A DNA stretch of 64,000 bases, taken from the NCBI RefSeq assembly GCF_018977255.1, contig NW_024704743.1, positions 21,330,001 to 21,394,000 on the forward strand. The letters run 5' to 3'. Source of the DNA: Callorhinchus milii. Lineage: Eukaryota. The notes below the pieces were generated by a model, which saw only the letters and a list, made by a program, of their open reading frames with translations, did no database searches and was not told the origin of the DNA. The position numbers and the translations under genes are program-made. Of this stretch, positions 25,291 through 38,820 are shown in pieces. Every line of letters begins with the position of its first letter. The first letter of the stretch is position 1.

Positions 25291-26306
25291 CTGTGACAAT
25301 TGCAACTTCACTGCAGTGTCAGCAGAGGTGAATTTAAACTCAAAAAGCCACTTTATTGACAAGATGTTTGAAGATAATCTATAATTTGTAGAGAACTGCT
25401 TGATTTATTGAAAACTGCTGATTTAATATCAAACGTTTGATGATTTGTGCTTCCTTTCCATCTACAAGATGAGCACAGATTGGTTAAAAAAGCTAAATAC
25501 TATGAACATTTGGAAGTTTTAATTACTTAGTAAGATTCCACTAAAGGTCGCTTTACACTAAGTCATAGATCACTTCTAATATATAAACTTAATAATATAA
25601 ATTTAGAGTAATGTATTGCCTGTGACTGGTGAGAACTGAATTTGAAGCCCCAAATTGTTTAAGCTTTAAGACCTCCGTCTTAAACATTTAAAATCGTGCA
25701 AATTTCTTGCTTTTAATCTTTATTTGGAAGCTGTTTTTGAACTGCGGAAAATCAACCTCTAAATCAACACAGAAATTAAGGACTTTTGAATTTTTAGACA
25801 AAATAACTAAGACTTGGTGGAATTTTAGGTCTCAGTTCTGTATACTCCAGTCATAAGAACACAAAATAAGAAATGCTAGACGAAAAAAGACTAAGGTCCA
25901 TTTAGTTCGCTTTCCACTTTCCTGGTGGTCCATGCACATATGTCCCAGTCAGTTAGTTATTACCAAGGCCAATAGAAAATTGCGGAAATATTTGCCACAA
26001 ATTGCGGAGAAATTAAGCAGGACCGTGGGGGGAGGTTGCAGGGGTTAATATAAAAAATTGCAGAGTGGTGCTATTGAGGTACATATTTACTGCCAACCTA
26101 CATTTCTTCACTTTATTGATTAAAAACTAACACAAAGAAATAATACATATTAGATTGTTGCAAAGAAAATTATTAATGGATTCTTCAACAAAAACTGGGG
26201 TGGGGGCGACACCAGGGCAGGCCCTAAGCAGGCCCGCCAAGCTCGCCAGTGTCCTGACTGCGGGGCTACAGGAGGTCACCATCTCCTGCCTCTCAGGGCT
26301 CATCAC

Positions 26307-26541
26307 ATACAGACCCAGAGAGACACACACACACTCACAGACAGACAGAGAGACACAGAGACGCTTGAGAGACACACACGCACTCATAGACAGACAGAGA
26401 GACACAGAGACCCAGAGAGACACACACGCACTCATAGACAGGCAGAGAGACACGGACACACTTCACATAAACGCAGAGAGAAAGAGAGAGATACAGATAC
26501 ACACACACAGACACACACATACAGACAGAGAAGAGAGAGAC
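26307..26541 (+). repeat. (CA)/(GA) low-complexity array with an internal ~46-48 bp duplication
   Basis: gagagacacacacgcactcatagacag occurs twice. Confidence 0.9.
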
Positions 26542-28236
26542 ATGAAGAATCTCGACAGCGAGATCTCGGGGTGAGTGAAGCCCATTTCCCGCTCGCGCTG
26601 CACCACGCATTTACGTCCGGAGCCGGACTGAAAAATTACTGAAAATGCGGATATAGAGGTACATTTTGAGACAAGCTTCGACTAAGAGGAGGGAACGAGT
26701 TGGAGGGAGTTCTGGAGAGTGGGGGCAGAATAGCTGAAAGTTGGGAGGGATAGGGTGGGGGACAGGAAGCAGGCCGGTGTTGGCTGAGTGATGCGAGCTG
26801 CTAGGTCAGTAGGGCTGAACTGAATTTGGGGCAGATCAATACTGTAAAAGCCTATTTCTCGGCTGTATTGGAGTGGGTGCCTGTGACCAGGAGGGTTAAT
26901 GGCAGCCCAGCATTTAGATTGGCCAGGAAAAGCACCTTAATGGAAGTCATCATGTTACCTCCAGTGCTAAAATTGCTTGCTATCCACACATGAACCCAAT
27001 CCACTCTCTGCCTGCAAATGTGCATCAATGCAGGAAATGTTGTGGGCAATCACACTGCGGAAAACAGCAGATTGTACCGGGGTTGCGCTGTTTGAACTCT
27101 GAGCTACATGGCTGTGTCCAGTAGATAACTGAGGTGTTACTAGCAGGGATACCATTTCTGGCCACAGGTAGCATTACTTATAGCAGTCACACGTTTGCCT
27201 CTCTCACTTACGATACTTCAAATATATCCATCTACTCTGCTCTGCCAACTCGCTCTGCTCCATGTCGAATGCCCCTCTATCCCACCATTTGATGGGCAAG
27301 CCTTCTGCACCTTGCCCCCTTACTCTCTGGAACTCTTTTCCTAAATCCCTCCACCTTAGATCCTCCCTCAAGCTCTTAAAACCCTCCTAATTGTTCTCTT
27401 TGACTGTGCCTATCTTCAATTCCATCTGTCCCCTGATCTCCATCCTCCCCCCACCATCCCACTTAGGTTTGACATCCATCTCTGTGAAATTATTTTTGGG
27501 CAAGCTGAACTTTTTCCTCTTGAGTGCACACATCTGACCATAGAAACTTACAGTCATTTGGCCCATCTGTGGATATTTGTGCTCTTTGAAACAGTCTATG
27601 TTTTATCAACCTGTTATCAAAGAAATGAAAATGCCCTAAACAGATGATGTGATGATATTGTACCATTGAGGAATATTTTGACAGAACACAACCAACAAAT
27701 GGGGACTGGAAGCAACAAGGAAAACAATTCTGAAGTTCTTCTAAATTTCCTATTTTTTGCATTTTGGTTATAGCGTCTATCACATCGTCAAGACGTCTCA
27801 AAGCGTTTCATAGGACACACTGTAAATTGCGTTGACTGCATTTTGCGGCTGAAACCTATTAATAATCAAATAAATATAATATTTCAACTCCTACTCAATG
27901 AACTGGTTACAAATGTCACCAGGAGTTTGATTACTGACTACAATAACCCTGCAGTGCTCATTCCCCATCGTTCCCGATGTCTCGATGTTCAGGTCCATTT
28001 CCATAAGCAAAGTCAGTTCAAGTTGCCCTTTATTTGTGAGTCTAAGCAGTGGTTGTTGGCAGACTATTCAACCGTGGGCATTACAGCCAGCCCCACCCTG
28101 TCCTCACTCAATTTCTACACACGAGCACTTTGCAGCAAGGGTCACTGGCTAGCAATCGGGAACAAGGATCCAGTTGATTATTCCATGAATTACGACTCAT
28201 TGTAAAGCATGTAAATCCAGCTGCAGTGATCAACAA

Positions 28237-28564
28237 AATAATAATAATAATAATCCTTGCATTTGATATAGTGCTTTTCACGTCGGGAGGACGTCCCAAA
28301 GCGCTTCACAGAACACACTGTAAAGTGAATTGACTGTATATTTGCGGGCGAACGCGGAAGCCAATTGTGCACAGCAATGTCCCACAAACAGTCGTAGATT
28401 GAAAATGACCAATTTATTATTGTTTTTGGTTTTGGAGGGATTATTATTAGGCTCTGTGTGGAGTAAGGAAACTTGCCAAAGGTTTCGCCCTGACCTGCCT
28501 GGAATTGAACTCAGGTCTCTCACTTGCAAAGCGAGTGCTCTAACCACTGAGCTACAGGACTCCA
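28237..28564 (-). mobile_element. Same tRNA-derived SINE, with internal deletion
   Basis: Head tggagtcctgtagctcagtggttagagcac on - strand; lacks the gtttacctagcagtaagtaggaaccc segment. Confidence 0.85.
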
Positions 28565-29279
28565 TCGCATGGTCAACATTTTGACACACTTTCTTCAGCA
28601 ATTTGGTTTGCGCATGTTGTATTGAAAACATTGATGCTTTAGCGCTTACAAACACACACATATATAAGGTATGGCTAGCAGCCAGAAGCTGGAGAAGCTG
28701 AAGGAATTGTGCTGGTTATTGAGTGTGACTGTTGATTGTACAGAATACGATCTGGTAAATTGCTGTTTAACAAGTTAATAGTTTACAGTATTCTTTCCTG
28801 TCGTTTATTTGCACTTGTAATTACTTTATTATTTTCTTCTATGATAAGTACTGATTGCACTGGGGAGTTGAGTGTTTCCACTTCTAAGTACCATTATCAG
28901 CATCAAACACAGCAAGCTCTGCAGAGAGAAGCTTCCTCAACTCTTCCCCAACAAAATTCCTCAATGCCAACCGCAGACGAGCACTTCTTACTGCATTATT
29001 TCCTGTGCTAGTGGTGCCACTAATACTTAATAATAACAATCCTTGTATTTGAAGTAGCGTCTTATCAATTCATCGAGATGCTTCAAAACGTTTCACAGGA
29101 TTTTACTGTGAAGTGTGTTGGCTGTATTTGTAAGTGACCTGGCAGCCAATTAGTGCACAAAAATATACATACAGTCAATTCACTTTACAGTATATTCTGT
29201 GAAATGCTTTGAGACGTCTTGAAGACGTAAGGATTACGTAATGTAAGGATTATTATTATTAGAAAATGTCCACGACTAG

Positions 29280-29570
29280 CCATGAAGTCAGTGATGAATT
29301 TTATCTGATGGTTTGTTGGCCAGCACACTCTGAGAAACTCCCTTCTCTTTTTGAGTAGTGTCATGGGATCTTTAATGTCCATCTGAATTGGCAATAGGAT
29401 CTTGTTTTTTTACCTTTCATCCACAGGACGGCACGTCCAACAATACAGCACACCTCCTAACATACATTGGAGTGTCAATTTAGACTATATGAGTTTGAAG
29501 TGTTGACATGCGACTTGAACCCACAATTTTCTGACTTAGAGGGCTGCCACTTCAGCCAGGCTGACACCAT
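29280..29570 (-). mobile_element. Deu-domain SINE
   Basis: Reverse complement of the 59331 and 16370 copies. Confidence 0.75.
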
Positions 29571-29924
29571 GCTTCTGAACGCTGGTATACTTGAGCAGCT
29601 TAATGATATTGTTGCTATGATAAGTCCTATTAAATTCTGATAGTACGTGCAGTGGAACTATTTGATAAGCGGTATAACATGCACAGGAGGGTTTACATAG
29701 AATTACAAAGAATGATATGGTACAGAAACGGACCATTCAGCCCAATTCGGTGCCAGTGTTTATAGTCCACATGAACCTTCACCTCCTCCTATTCCCTCTC
29801 CTATGCCCCTCAGTTCTCTTCTCCCCCAAAACTGCTGCCTGCATCCTCACCCATTACAAACTCCAAGCCGTTTTTCTGCATGAAGGACACTATATAAATG
29901 CAAACGTCTCTCATGTGTACATCA

Positions 29925-30614
29925 GGTTCGACCCACAATTATCCTTCCTCCCCCACATCTAGTCCCTCACCAGCACCGCTTTTTTCCACCTCCGATGCAT
30001 CGCCAGTCTCTGCCAATACCTCTCCCTAAAAGCCACTGAAACCCTGGTCTGTGCTTTTGTCACCCCTTGGCTGGACTATTCTAACTCCCTCCTCACCGGT
30101 CTCCCCTCCACTACCATCCATAATATCCAGATTATTCAAAACTCTGCCGCCCGCATTCTCACCCGCTCCCCGATCACCCCAGTCCCTGCCAGACTGCACT
30201 GGCTGCCTGTCCCAGAGAGGATCGACTTCAACATCCTCACCCTTGTCTTCAAATCCCTCCACTCCTCTGCACCCCCCTACCTCTCTGACCTCTCTCCTCA
30301 AAACAGTACCTGTTGCCTTCGTTCCTCCTGGTCTGGCCTTCTCCTTGTCCCCCAAGTCCTTCACTCCACCCTCAGCGGCCGTGCTTTCAGCCACTTTGCC
30401 CCAAGGCTCTGGAACTGCCTTCCTCACTCCCTTCGCCTCGCTCCCTCTCTTCCTATTTTCAGGTCTCTGCTGAAGACCTTTGTTTTCGACCGCGCCTTTG
30501 GTCACTTTCCTCCCCCTCCCCCTGGCTCGGCCCCGGGATCCGTTACTGTGAAGCGCTCTGAGACGCCGTCCGGCGTGGAGGGTGCTATATAAATCCAAGT
30601 TGTTGTTGTTGTTG
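29925..30614 (+). mobile_element. L2 LINE 3' fragment (different subfamily)
   Basis: LDYSNSLL, IQNSAARIL, LHWLPV.ERIDF; tail tatataaatccaagttgttgttgtt. Confidence 0.88.
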
Positions 30615-31754
30615 TATCATGTTTCCTCTTAAATACATTGATGCTTTTTGCTTCAACAAAACTTGTTTGACGAATTAAACAACAGAGTCAAGGTGATGAG
30701 GTGGGTGACGAGCATAAGATGAAGCATGTTTTCACCCAGACTCAGCTACACACGTAAATAACAACAACAACAACTTGCATTTATACAGCACTCTTCACAC
30801 GGGGTAGCATCATGGAGCGCTTGATAGTGGCAGAGTCTGATAACTCAACAAATAATCCATGTATGTGTAGCTACAAACTCTCACTGGTGCCTGTTCCAAC
30901 AATTGTAAATCTGATCAATAAGCTCCAGTGGAATGACTTTTAAAAACTGTGAAATTTGCTCGAATATTTTTAACACGGCAGCAAATGGTTATTCCATTAA
31001 GAAACATGGCCCAATCTTTTTTCAAATGTCTTAATACTTGACACTTTATATGTTACCTCGGTAATTTGGGGCTGATGCAGCCAGAGCTCATTGATGTATT
31101 GTGTTTTTTAATCGAAATCTGCCTGACTGATTCATTCACAAAGATTTCCCAACACACTGTACAGACTGTAAATATAGCTACACAATTAAGCTACTGCTGA
31201 GTATTCCAGATACAGAACTGCTGGAGACATAATGATGTATTACAAGATGCCCAATGTCTTAGTGACTATGTTTATATAGTCTGTTTGTACGTATGTTACC
31301 AGACTGTACAGTTCATGGCTTGAAAAGCTTGGTGTTGCTTGAATTTCCGAGACTGTGATGACTTTAAAGCAACAACAACAATGTGAGAGTACAAAAAGCA
31401 TCACATTACCTATACAAACTGAAAGCAAACAGCATCAGTTTTTGAACATTATGCTCTTTTTACAAGCAGAGAGTGAGGTCCAAAAAGCAACAGGAATTGC
31501 AGAGGATTCCAGAATATTGAATCCCGTCGGTAACTCAATGTGCATCACACCGATCTGAGGAAACTCTGCCCTAACGTGTCCAGAAGGAGATCAGAGGTCA
31601 CAAATCCCTGCATGGTGCCCATCGTGTTATTGGCAGGTTTCAATAATCACAACAAATTTGTGAACACTGCATTTTAAACTATCAGTGGGCATTCACTTCA
31701 TGCCAATTTTGAGGACATTGCTGTGCGCAAATTAGTTGCTGCGTTTGCCTACAA

Positions 31755-32331
31755 CAGGGGTTCTCAAACTTTGACATAGTGAGCCTCCCTAAACTAAGAA
31801 GAAAACAATTGCACCTCCCCGTAGTTTACTACGGCAAGACCAAAGAACTGAAAATCCTAGATTTTGCAAGATTACGAGCAATAAAGTGAAAGGGCTTTGA
31901 TCAGTCTATTTATAATAAGAGTATCGGTGTCAAAATTACTCACTTTATTTCATAAAGCACATCTCATGGCTTCTGTTCGAAAAAGAAGTACAAATCACAG
32001 CAGCTAAAATAAAACCGCCCTAACGTTTTAGAAAATCATAGCACCAAACAGTTATAGATGGCGTTATAGATCCCATCAGTCCCAGCTTGTCAGTAGAAAG
32101 AGTCAAGTTGTTTCCTCGCTGGACCTCAGGGTCAATCCGTTCAACAGTCCCACCCTCCCCTCCCTCCTGGCACTCTGATTGCCGCGGGATTGCTGTGGTG
32201 AGGAATGTTGTCGCGTGAAGCTTTGTTGCGGAGTTTGGTGATTGGGGCAGTGGCTTTGGTGGCCCGTGGCACCTCCCCCGACACACCTGAACCTCCCCAG
32301 GGAGGTGCGACCCGTAGTTTGAGAACCTCTG
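31755..32331. mobile_element. hAT (Charlie-like) non-autonomous DNA transposon
   Basis: TIRs CAGGGGTTCTCAAACT and AGTTTGAGAACCTCTG (15/16); 8-bp TSD gcctacaa / gcccacat; inserted in a SINE 3' region. Confidence 0.88.
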
Positions 32332-34762
32332 GCCCACATTATGCACAATCACTGTATTTTAGAGTAAATCCCGTGAAGCGCTTTGAGACGTATCGACAAG
32401 GTGATAAGATGCTGTATCAAATGCAAGAATAATTATTTTATTATTCCTATATGTATCTTACCGGACACCTTTGTCTCACACATGTCTCATGCCTGAGGCC
32501 GATGAGCAACTGCAATTGTGAGAATTTGGTTCAATTTCCCTGATTTGTCAATACGAGCAAACATTCTTTATTGACCAGTTTTGATCATTAACAGCACGTT
32601 GGGACATCCTCCCTACCTGAAAGGCTCTTTACAAATGTAATTTTGTTGGTGGTGGTGTTGTTGTTGTTGACTTGGTTTTCAGAATTTTTCTGTTTGCATT
32701 CTCTGATCTTTTGCATTCGTATAACATTCATCCCATGCACTGGCTGTTAAAATGTTGATGGCAAATGTTTTGATGACGCAATCTCCCGTAAGCCTCTCTT
32801 TGTGACTATAATCATATGTGGGCACCTTATGGCAAATGAAACTGTTGTGATGCGAGCAATGCTTTTGGCAGTCATATGAGTATGAAATAATGTAATGAAA
32901 ATCATTCCGTCAATTCATTCCTTCATTTTCCTACTGAAAGCACCAAGCTTACTGTTGAATGAACTTAGTTCCTTTCAAGATGTGAGATATATTGTTTTAA
33001 GTAGTCAGCGCTGAGTAAAATGTTACCTGTCAAAAAATTGCAGAATGCCTTCAGTGATAAAATGGAAGTAGAAAAGAAATGTGAATTCAGAGCAACGAGA
33101 GACAAAGTACTCTTGCACAAAAATTCCTCAGAATATTTCTGAATGAACACAGTCATACTAAATGAGACAAATTGTAATTCTGCTGGAAGCTGTTCTTAAC
33201 TGAGGAAAACTTTAATTAAGCTCAAGACTGACATGAAAGCCAGAGGCAGATTTATTTAAGGAACAACCGTGTTACAAGCATATGTATATATGTGTGTGTG
33301 TGTGTATCAGTTGGAGGGAGGCAGTTTGAAGAGAAATCAATGATTGCTGTTTAATTGTAACAAAAAATCCACAGCATGGTTCTTTGTTAAAATTGACTGA
33401 AAGTCAATGGAGCGCACAGAGGGGGAACAAACTTCACAACAGAAGCTGCATTTATGGCAGCAAATATAAAGTAAGAAAGAACATGAATAATAGGAAACTA
33501 ATACAATACTGAGCTTGAGAAGACTGCTGAGCTACTAAATTATGTGAATAGAGTTCACTCGTATTAGTCCTTAAAGTCTTGTAAGATCTTTGTGATAATT
33601 GAGCTATGAGACCACAAAATAAGAAATAAGAAATAAGAAATCACAAAATAAGACTGGCCAACGTGGGATGCATAGTTTCTTGGGAATTCAAAACTTCCTT
33701 CAGGTCTTGCCAGAAATGATGTTACCGTATCAATCTAATTGGAGTGTTGCAGGTTGTCAGACTGACTAAACCTGACTTGGAAACAACAACTCTGTCTGTC
33801 TGACCCATTGCTTTGTCCTTCAAAATATTCACAGTAAATTTGGGTTGACACTGGAAGTTCAGATTTGTTATACTTTGAGTGAGTACTGCCCTCTTGTGTT
33901 AGTTGTAGGAAAAATAAGCTGAATGCAATGATAACTATCCAATTGGAAATAACTTGTTTATATGTAGCTAAATGAAGGTGTGGGAATGCTTTTTTTCCCC
34001 GTCAAAGATTTCAATATGTTATAGAGTTAGAGCGTATAATTGGTAGATGACATTGCCGAAACTCTAAACATCTATTACTAAAATGATAAAATGTGACCTT
34101 AACTTTGTTGTTGGTTATTTCCGTATCCCTTTTCCCAGAGAGCGAGTGTTGACTGATTTGGTTCTCACTAACATTTTCCAGCCTTTTTTTGGGGTGGGGG
34201 GGGGGGCGGAGGGGGGGACGTTCACTGGATAGAGACCAGGGATCAGAACACCAACAACAACTTACACTTATATAGCACCGTTCACGCAGGATAGCATCTC
34301 AGAGTGCTGCACAGTGCCAAGGGAGAGGGTACTGGGATGACAGATGCGGTGATGCTCTTAAAATGGGATTCAAAGACAGATAAAGGGTATGTTAGGATGA
34401 GCAATTGAGGCAAAGAGTTCAGCAGATTAGAGGCATAGTGGCTGAAGCCACAGCCAGCGATGGTGTGGAGGGGCGGGAGAACACGCAGCAGACCTACACT
34501 AGCTAAAACACTGGCTGATTTTCCCCCTGCCTTTTCCAAGGGCAAGGAGGTCAGTTGTAGTGTTCACATTACTGTCCTGGATAAGATCGGCTAACCTAGC
34601 CTAGATCAGGGATTGAACCTGTGTGTTCCTGGTCTTGTAGCTCAGTTCCTTCTTTACAGACTGGGTTGTCCGGGTGGGGGTGGTGGGGGGTGGGGAGGGT
34701 GATAGGGGAATAGTATCAATGTAGCTCAAAGCAATGCGTGTGGAATGAGTTGCCCACCTTCC

Positions 34763-34793
<31 letters not shown>

Positions 34794-34981
34794 ATTTGTC
34801 TTCAAGAAGCTTAACGTCTGCTGCATGAGACAGGACTGGCCTTCAGAGGAGCTGAGTGGCTGAATAATAAATAAAAGAATGAACAGGATCCAGTGTTGGA
34901 GGTGCAGCATGCGTGCGTTGATCCGAAACAGGTAGAAAATGAGCTCTGTTATAATGTGTTGCGTTCTCTTCTGATTTATAG

Positions 34982-35112
34982 TGGGCTGGAGATATCTATA
35001 GAAGAGCTGAAAAAGGACTGCACATCAGCCCAGCAAAAAGTCACTCTGAAGGATGTAGAGGAAGGTGCAGTTGCCCTGCGCCATGTGGGAGAATCGCTAG
35101 CGGGACTCAAAG
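34982..35112 (+). CDS. KIAA1217: KIAA1217 exon (131 nt, phase 2 to 1)
   Basis: gatttatag|tggg...aaag|gtaacg; GLEISIEELKKDCTSAQQKVTLKDVEEGAVALRHVGESLAGLK. Confidence 0.96.
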
Positions 35113-36686
35113 GTAACGCACTTCCAATACTCTTCACAAACAGGAGTTCTATCGCAAGGCTTCCAAAAAAAAATGATCGCTCAATCCGCTACTCTTCGTG
35201 GAACACTGCCCCGCGCAATTGGCTGCCGTGTTTTTGCCCGCAGAACACACAAAGTCGATAAACGTTACAACGTATTCTGCGAAGCGCTTTGAGACACCTC
35301 AATGTCACTGCATTGTTATTGTTAAAACGCTTCCGTTAAACATCTCGGTTTCGAGCACTGCCCAATGCACGGCTTTGAATTTCGAGAAACATAGGGTTCA
35401 TTCGAGCTGACGGCACATCCGCTGGCGTACAGGAGGAGAATGACTGTTTCATAATGAGAGCGGTGTCTGTGATTCTGTACTCGCTAATATATTCCAGCTT
35501 TGGGGGGGCGGTCACTGGATAGGGACCAAGGATCAGAACAACAACAACTTGCATTTCTACAGCACCTTCAGGGCCAGTGTTTGCCTTGAGGGGGGCTCTA
35601 TGCAAAGCTCGATTCCATGACCACTATCCCTGTGCGAGGCCGCTGGAGGGAGGGCAAGGTGTGGACCCAGAGCAGCCACAGGTTGGCCTGCGCGAGGTGT
35701 CCATCAGCCCAACACCAACCCCCCCACCCCCTCCCAGCAGGTTAGGTTGACAGAGGTGTCATTACAATGGGTTTTGGAGTTGAGCGAAGCCTGATCCGGA
35801 ACATGTGAGACAAGTAACTAAAGTAACTGAGTCACAACGGCAATTGCATGGGTTCCACATGCCTAATCTGGCCACCGAGCACCTTACACACAGAATAGCA
35901 CCATGATCAGCAGCTCCGCTGATGCAATGTGGGATTGGCCTATTAGTTGGAATAAGTGGAGAAGGAGCCACACTCGTAAATACTAGCGCTGTTCCCAAAC
36001 TCCGCATGTGGGCCACTTTGGGGCTTGAAGTCATAGCCCAGACTTCCACTCCAGTGCGGTTGTTGTCTGATATCCTGTCTGGGTGGACACTAAAGATCTG
36101 TTGCATGTTCAAAAAGAGAAAGAAGTTTTTCCTGGCTTCCTGGGCAACAATCTCCCGGATTTATTGACCGTGACTGTTGTGGTTTGTTGCCTAGTACAAA
36201 CGGCTGCTCTGTTTGTCTGCGGATGGCTTTACCACACTTAACAGTAAATTGCCGTTGGGATGTGATAAAGCGGTATAAAAATAAAAGCTCTTTTACTTTA
36301 TGTACTCCACACATCAAACAATGAGATCCTCCTTGATCATTCCAAGGGAGTTTCTGGTCTATGGGTATGTTTCCAATTGGCAAACAGACTTGTAAAATGA
36401 CCAGGGACATCCTGCTATTGCTAATGTCCGATTGCGATCGAGATATTCCAGGAAAAGGAAAAGGAAACATAATGTGATTGAAATAGTTTAATAAATAACA
36501 CAGATCTGAGAAATTAGAACCAAGAGTTTACTCCTGAAGTGTCACGGCCTAGGTAGCATCCACTTGTATCTGTGAATTGATTCTTGTTTTGTGTGCTGCA
36601 CTCCAAACCCGTGCATGGATTGAGCGCAGCCACAGTGCGTTCTGATGCCTGATCCATGCTCACCCGAGCGTGTCTGTGTCTTCCAG

Positions 36687-36834
36687 CTGAGTTCCCCCCT
36701 CTACAGAACAAGATGCGGGCAGTGCTGCGGGTGGAGGTGGAAGCGGTGAAGTTCTTGAAAGAAGAGCCTCACAAGCTGGAAAGTCTGCTGAAAAGAGTCA
36801 AGAGTATGACTGATCTGCTGACTGGTTTAAGAAG
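36687..36834 (+). CDS. KIAA1217: KIAA1217 exon (148 nt, phase 1 to 2)
   Basis: tgtcttccag|ctgag...agaag|gtaatg; EFPPLQNKMRAVLRVEVEAVKFLKEEPHKLESLLKRVKSMTDLLTGLR. Confidence 0.97.
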
Positions 36835-37894
36835 GTAATGTTCACCCCAGTGTGTCTTTCCATGTGTTGTGTATAAGAACATTAGAACATAGGAATTGCT
36901 AGACAAAAGAAGATCAACATCCCTCCAGTTTGACTTCCACCATCTTGTCAATCGCATACACATGTCAAGTGCCAAACAATATACTGTATCCCATGGTATT
37001 GTTTCCCAAATAAATCTAATTTGCCTTTGAAAATTAGATAGATTCCCCCTTGCCCCCCACCCCTACCATTTGAAATAATAAATGTAGAATGTGAAATGCA
37101 GGAGTAAATTTGGTGCTTGTTTCTTATTGGATTTTCTTAAATTAAGAAATCTGTCAGAAATCCCACAATTTTATGCAGTGACCAGTGAGTGACCTGTTTG
37201 TTTGGAGGATTTAGTCAATGAAAGGCATTGGTGTTCTCTTAGCTGTTTATTGTTGCTGGTATGAATCCCCCTCTCCAAATGGACGTTTTAAGTGTTTATG
37301 CCGAGTTTCACTTTAGGCAATGGATTTAACAATTGAACCACTAGTGGAGTTCACAGTTAGAACATTTCAATCAAACGTAAAGCTCAATTTTAGACTTCAG
37401 GGGATGAAAGCAATTAATCTGAATCATTATTAAACATTTATTATAACGTAATCCTAAAGACAAAAAGTAAATGAATATTGTGCACGTTAATCTTCTGCTT
37501 CTCTCCCACATTTCAATATAATTTCAACCTGTGAGTTCTGTCCTGTTTATTACTTTTCTGGAAATTTGCTTTACAGTGATTTATTCAGAAATCTGTTCCT
37601 GAGCATCAGGGGGAGTGTGTGGGGGTGGGGTGGTGGTGGGTGGTGGGGGCGTGTAAGCAGGGTGTCCTTGCAGCTGGACTGACTCTAGGGTGACAACAGA
37701 ATGTTGGAATCAAGCCAGCCCTCTGCTGTGGTGGTCTTGCTAGTCCGGTTCCTGACCCAAGCTGGTCTGAAGTACCCCAGGGCACTGCTGATGACAGCAC
37801 AGTCAGCCTGGCTCATCAGAGGGGCAGAATGGTTAGGAGGGGGTCGGGCTGAATGGTCTGTTTCGTTCCTGTGGACTCCATGTAATTCAAGGTA

Positions 37895-38745
37895 ATTACA
37901 GTCAATTCACTCCACATTATATTCTGTGAAACGCTTTGAGACGTCTCGCAGACATGATAAGGCGCTATATCATATGCAAGGATTATTCTTTTTTTATTAT
38001 AATTTCCACTCCAAGTATCTAACTGTCTTTTACTTTAATGCCTCAATCAATTTATCCTACCTACCTGCCCGCTCCTTCCGTTCAGCAGGCACCGTCCTGC
38101 TTCATGCCCCCACCCTGTCCACCCCACAATTGGAAGTCAGGCTCTCAGCTAATCTGCCCCTATTCTCTGCAACTCCATCCCGGAGTCCCTTGGGCTCGCC
38201 CCTTCTCTTACCTCCTTCATGGTCCACCTCTTCGGTCATCGTCCTCATCTCTTCCCCTCCCTTGGCTCTCATCCCTCCCAAATCCAAACCCCAGTTCGGG
38301 TGTAAACCTTGGGAACATCCTCCTTTTGTGGAAGGTGCTATATAAATGCAATTTGTTTATTCGTTTGTTCTCATCTATGGCTTTCTGGGGCAGTGCATTG
38401 CCTGAGCTTACAAATACTATGTCAGTATGCTTTACAACATGCCCTCTGTTCCACCATTGGTGGCCGCACTTTCAGCCATTACGCTCAGAAAATCTGGAAC
38501 ACTCTTCCTCAATCCTTCCGCTTTGCCCCTTCCTTCCCCATCTTCAGGTCGTTCCGAAGACCTTTTTATTTGACCAAGACTACGGTCATCTCCCCCTCCC
38601 CTCCGGCTCAGCGCCGTGCCCTGCCACTGTCAAGCGCTCTGGGATGCTATCCTGCGTGAGGGCACTATATAAATGCAAGATGTTGTTGTACGAAAAAAAA
38701 AGCTCTTGTGAAGTGCTATATCAAATGCAAGGAATATGATTATTA
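37895..38745 (+). mobile_element. Cluster of four tandem SINE/L2 3' ends
   Basis: Tails gcgctatatcatatgcaagg (~37970), gtgctatataaatgcaa (~38340), gcactatataaatgcaag (~38670), gtgctatatcaaatgcaagg (~38720). Confidence 0.75.
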
Positions 38746-38820
38746 GAATAGAAAATTCATCCTTTACTCAACCCGTTTGCCTTAATTATAAGGTCAACTT
38801 GTTTGTTTGTTTGTTTGCAG

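Noticed and set aside
26155..26610. ORFs of 91-139 aa
   Set aside because: Artefacts of (CA)/(GA) low-complexity sequence.
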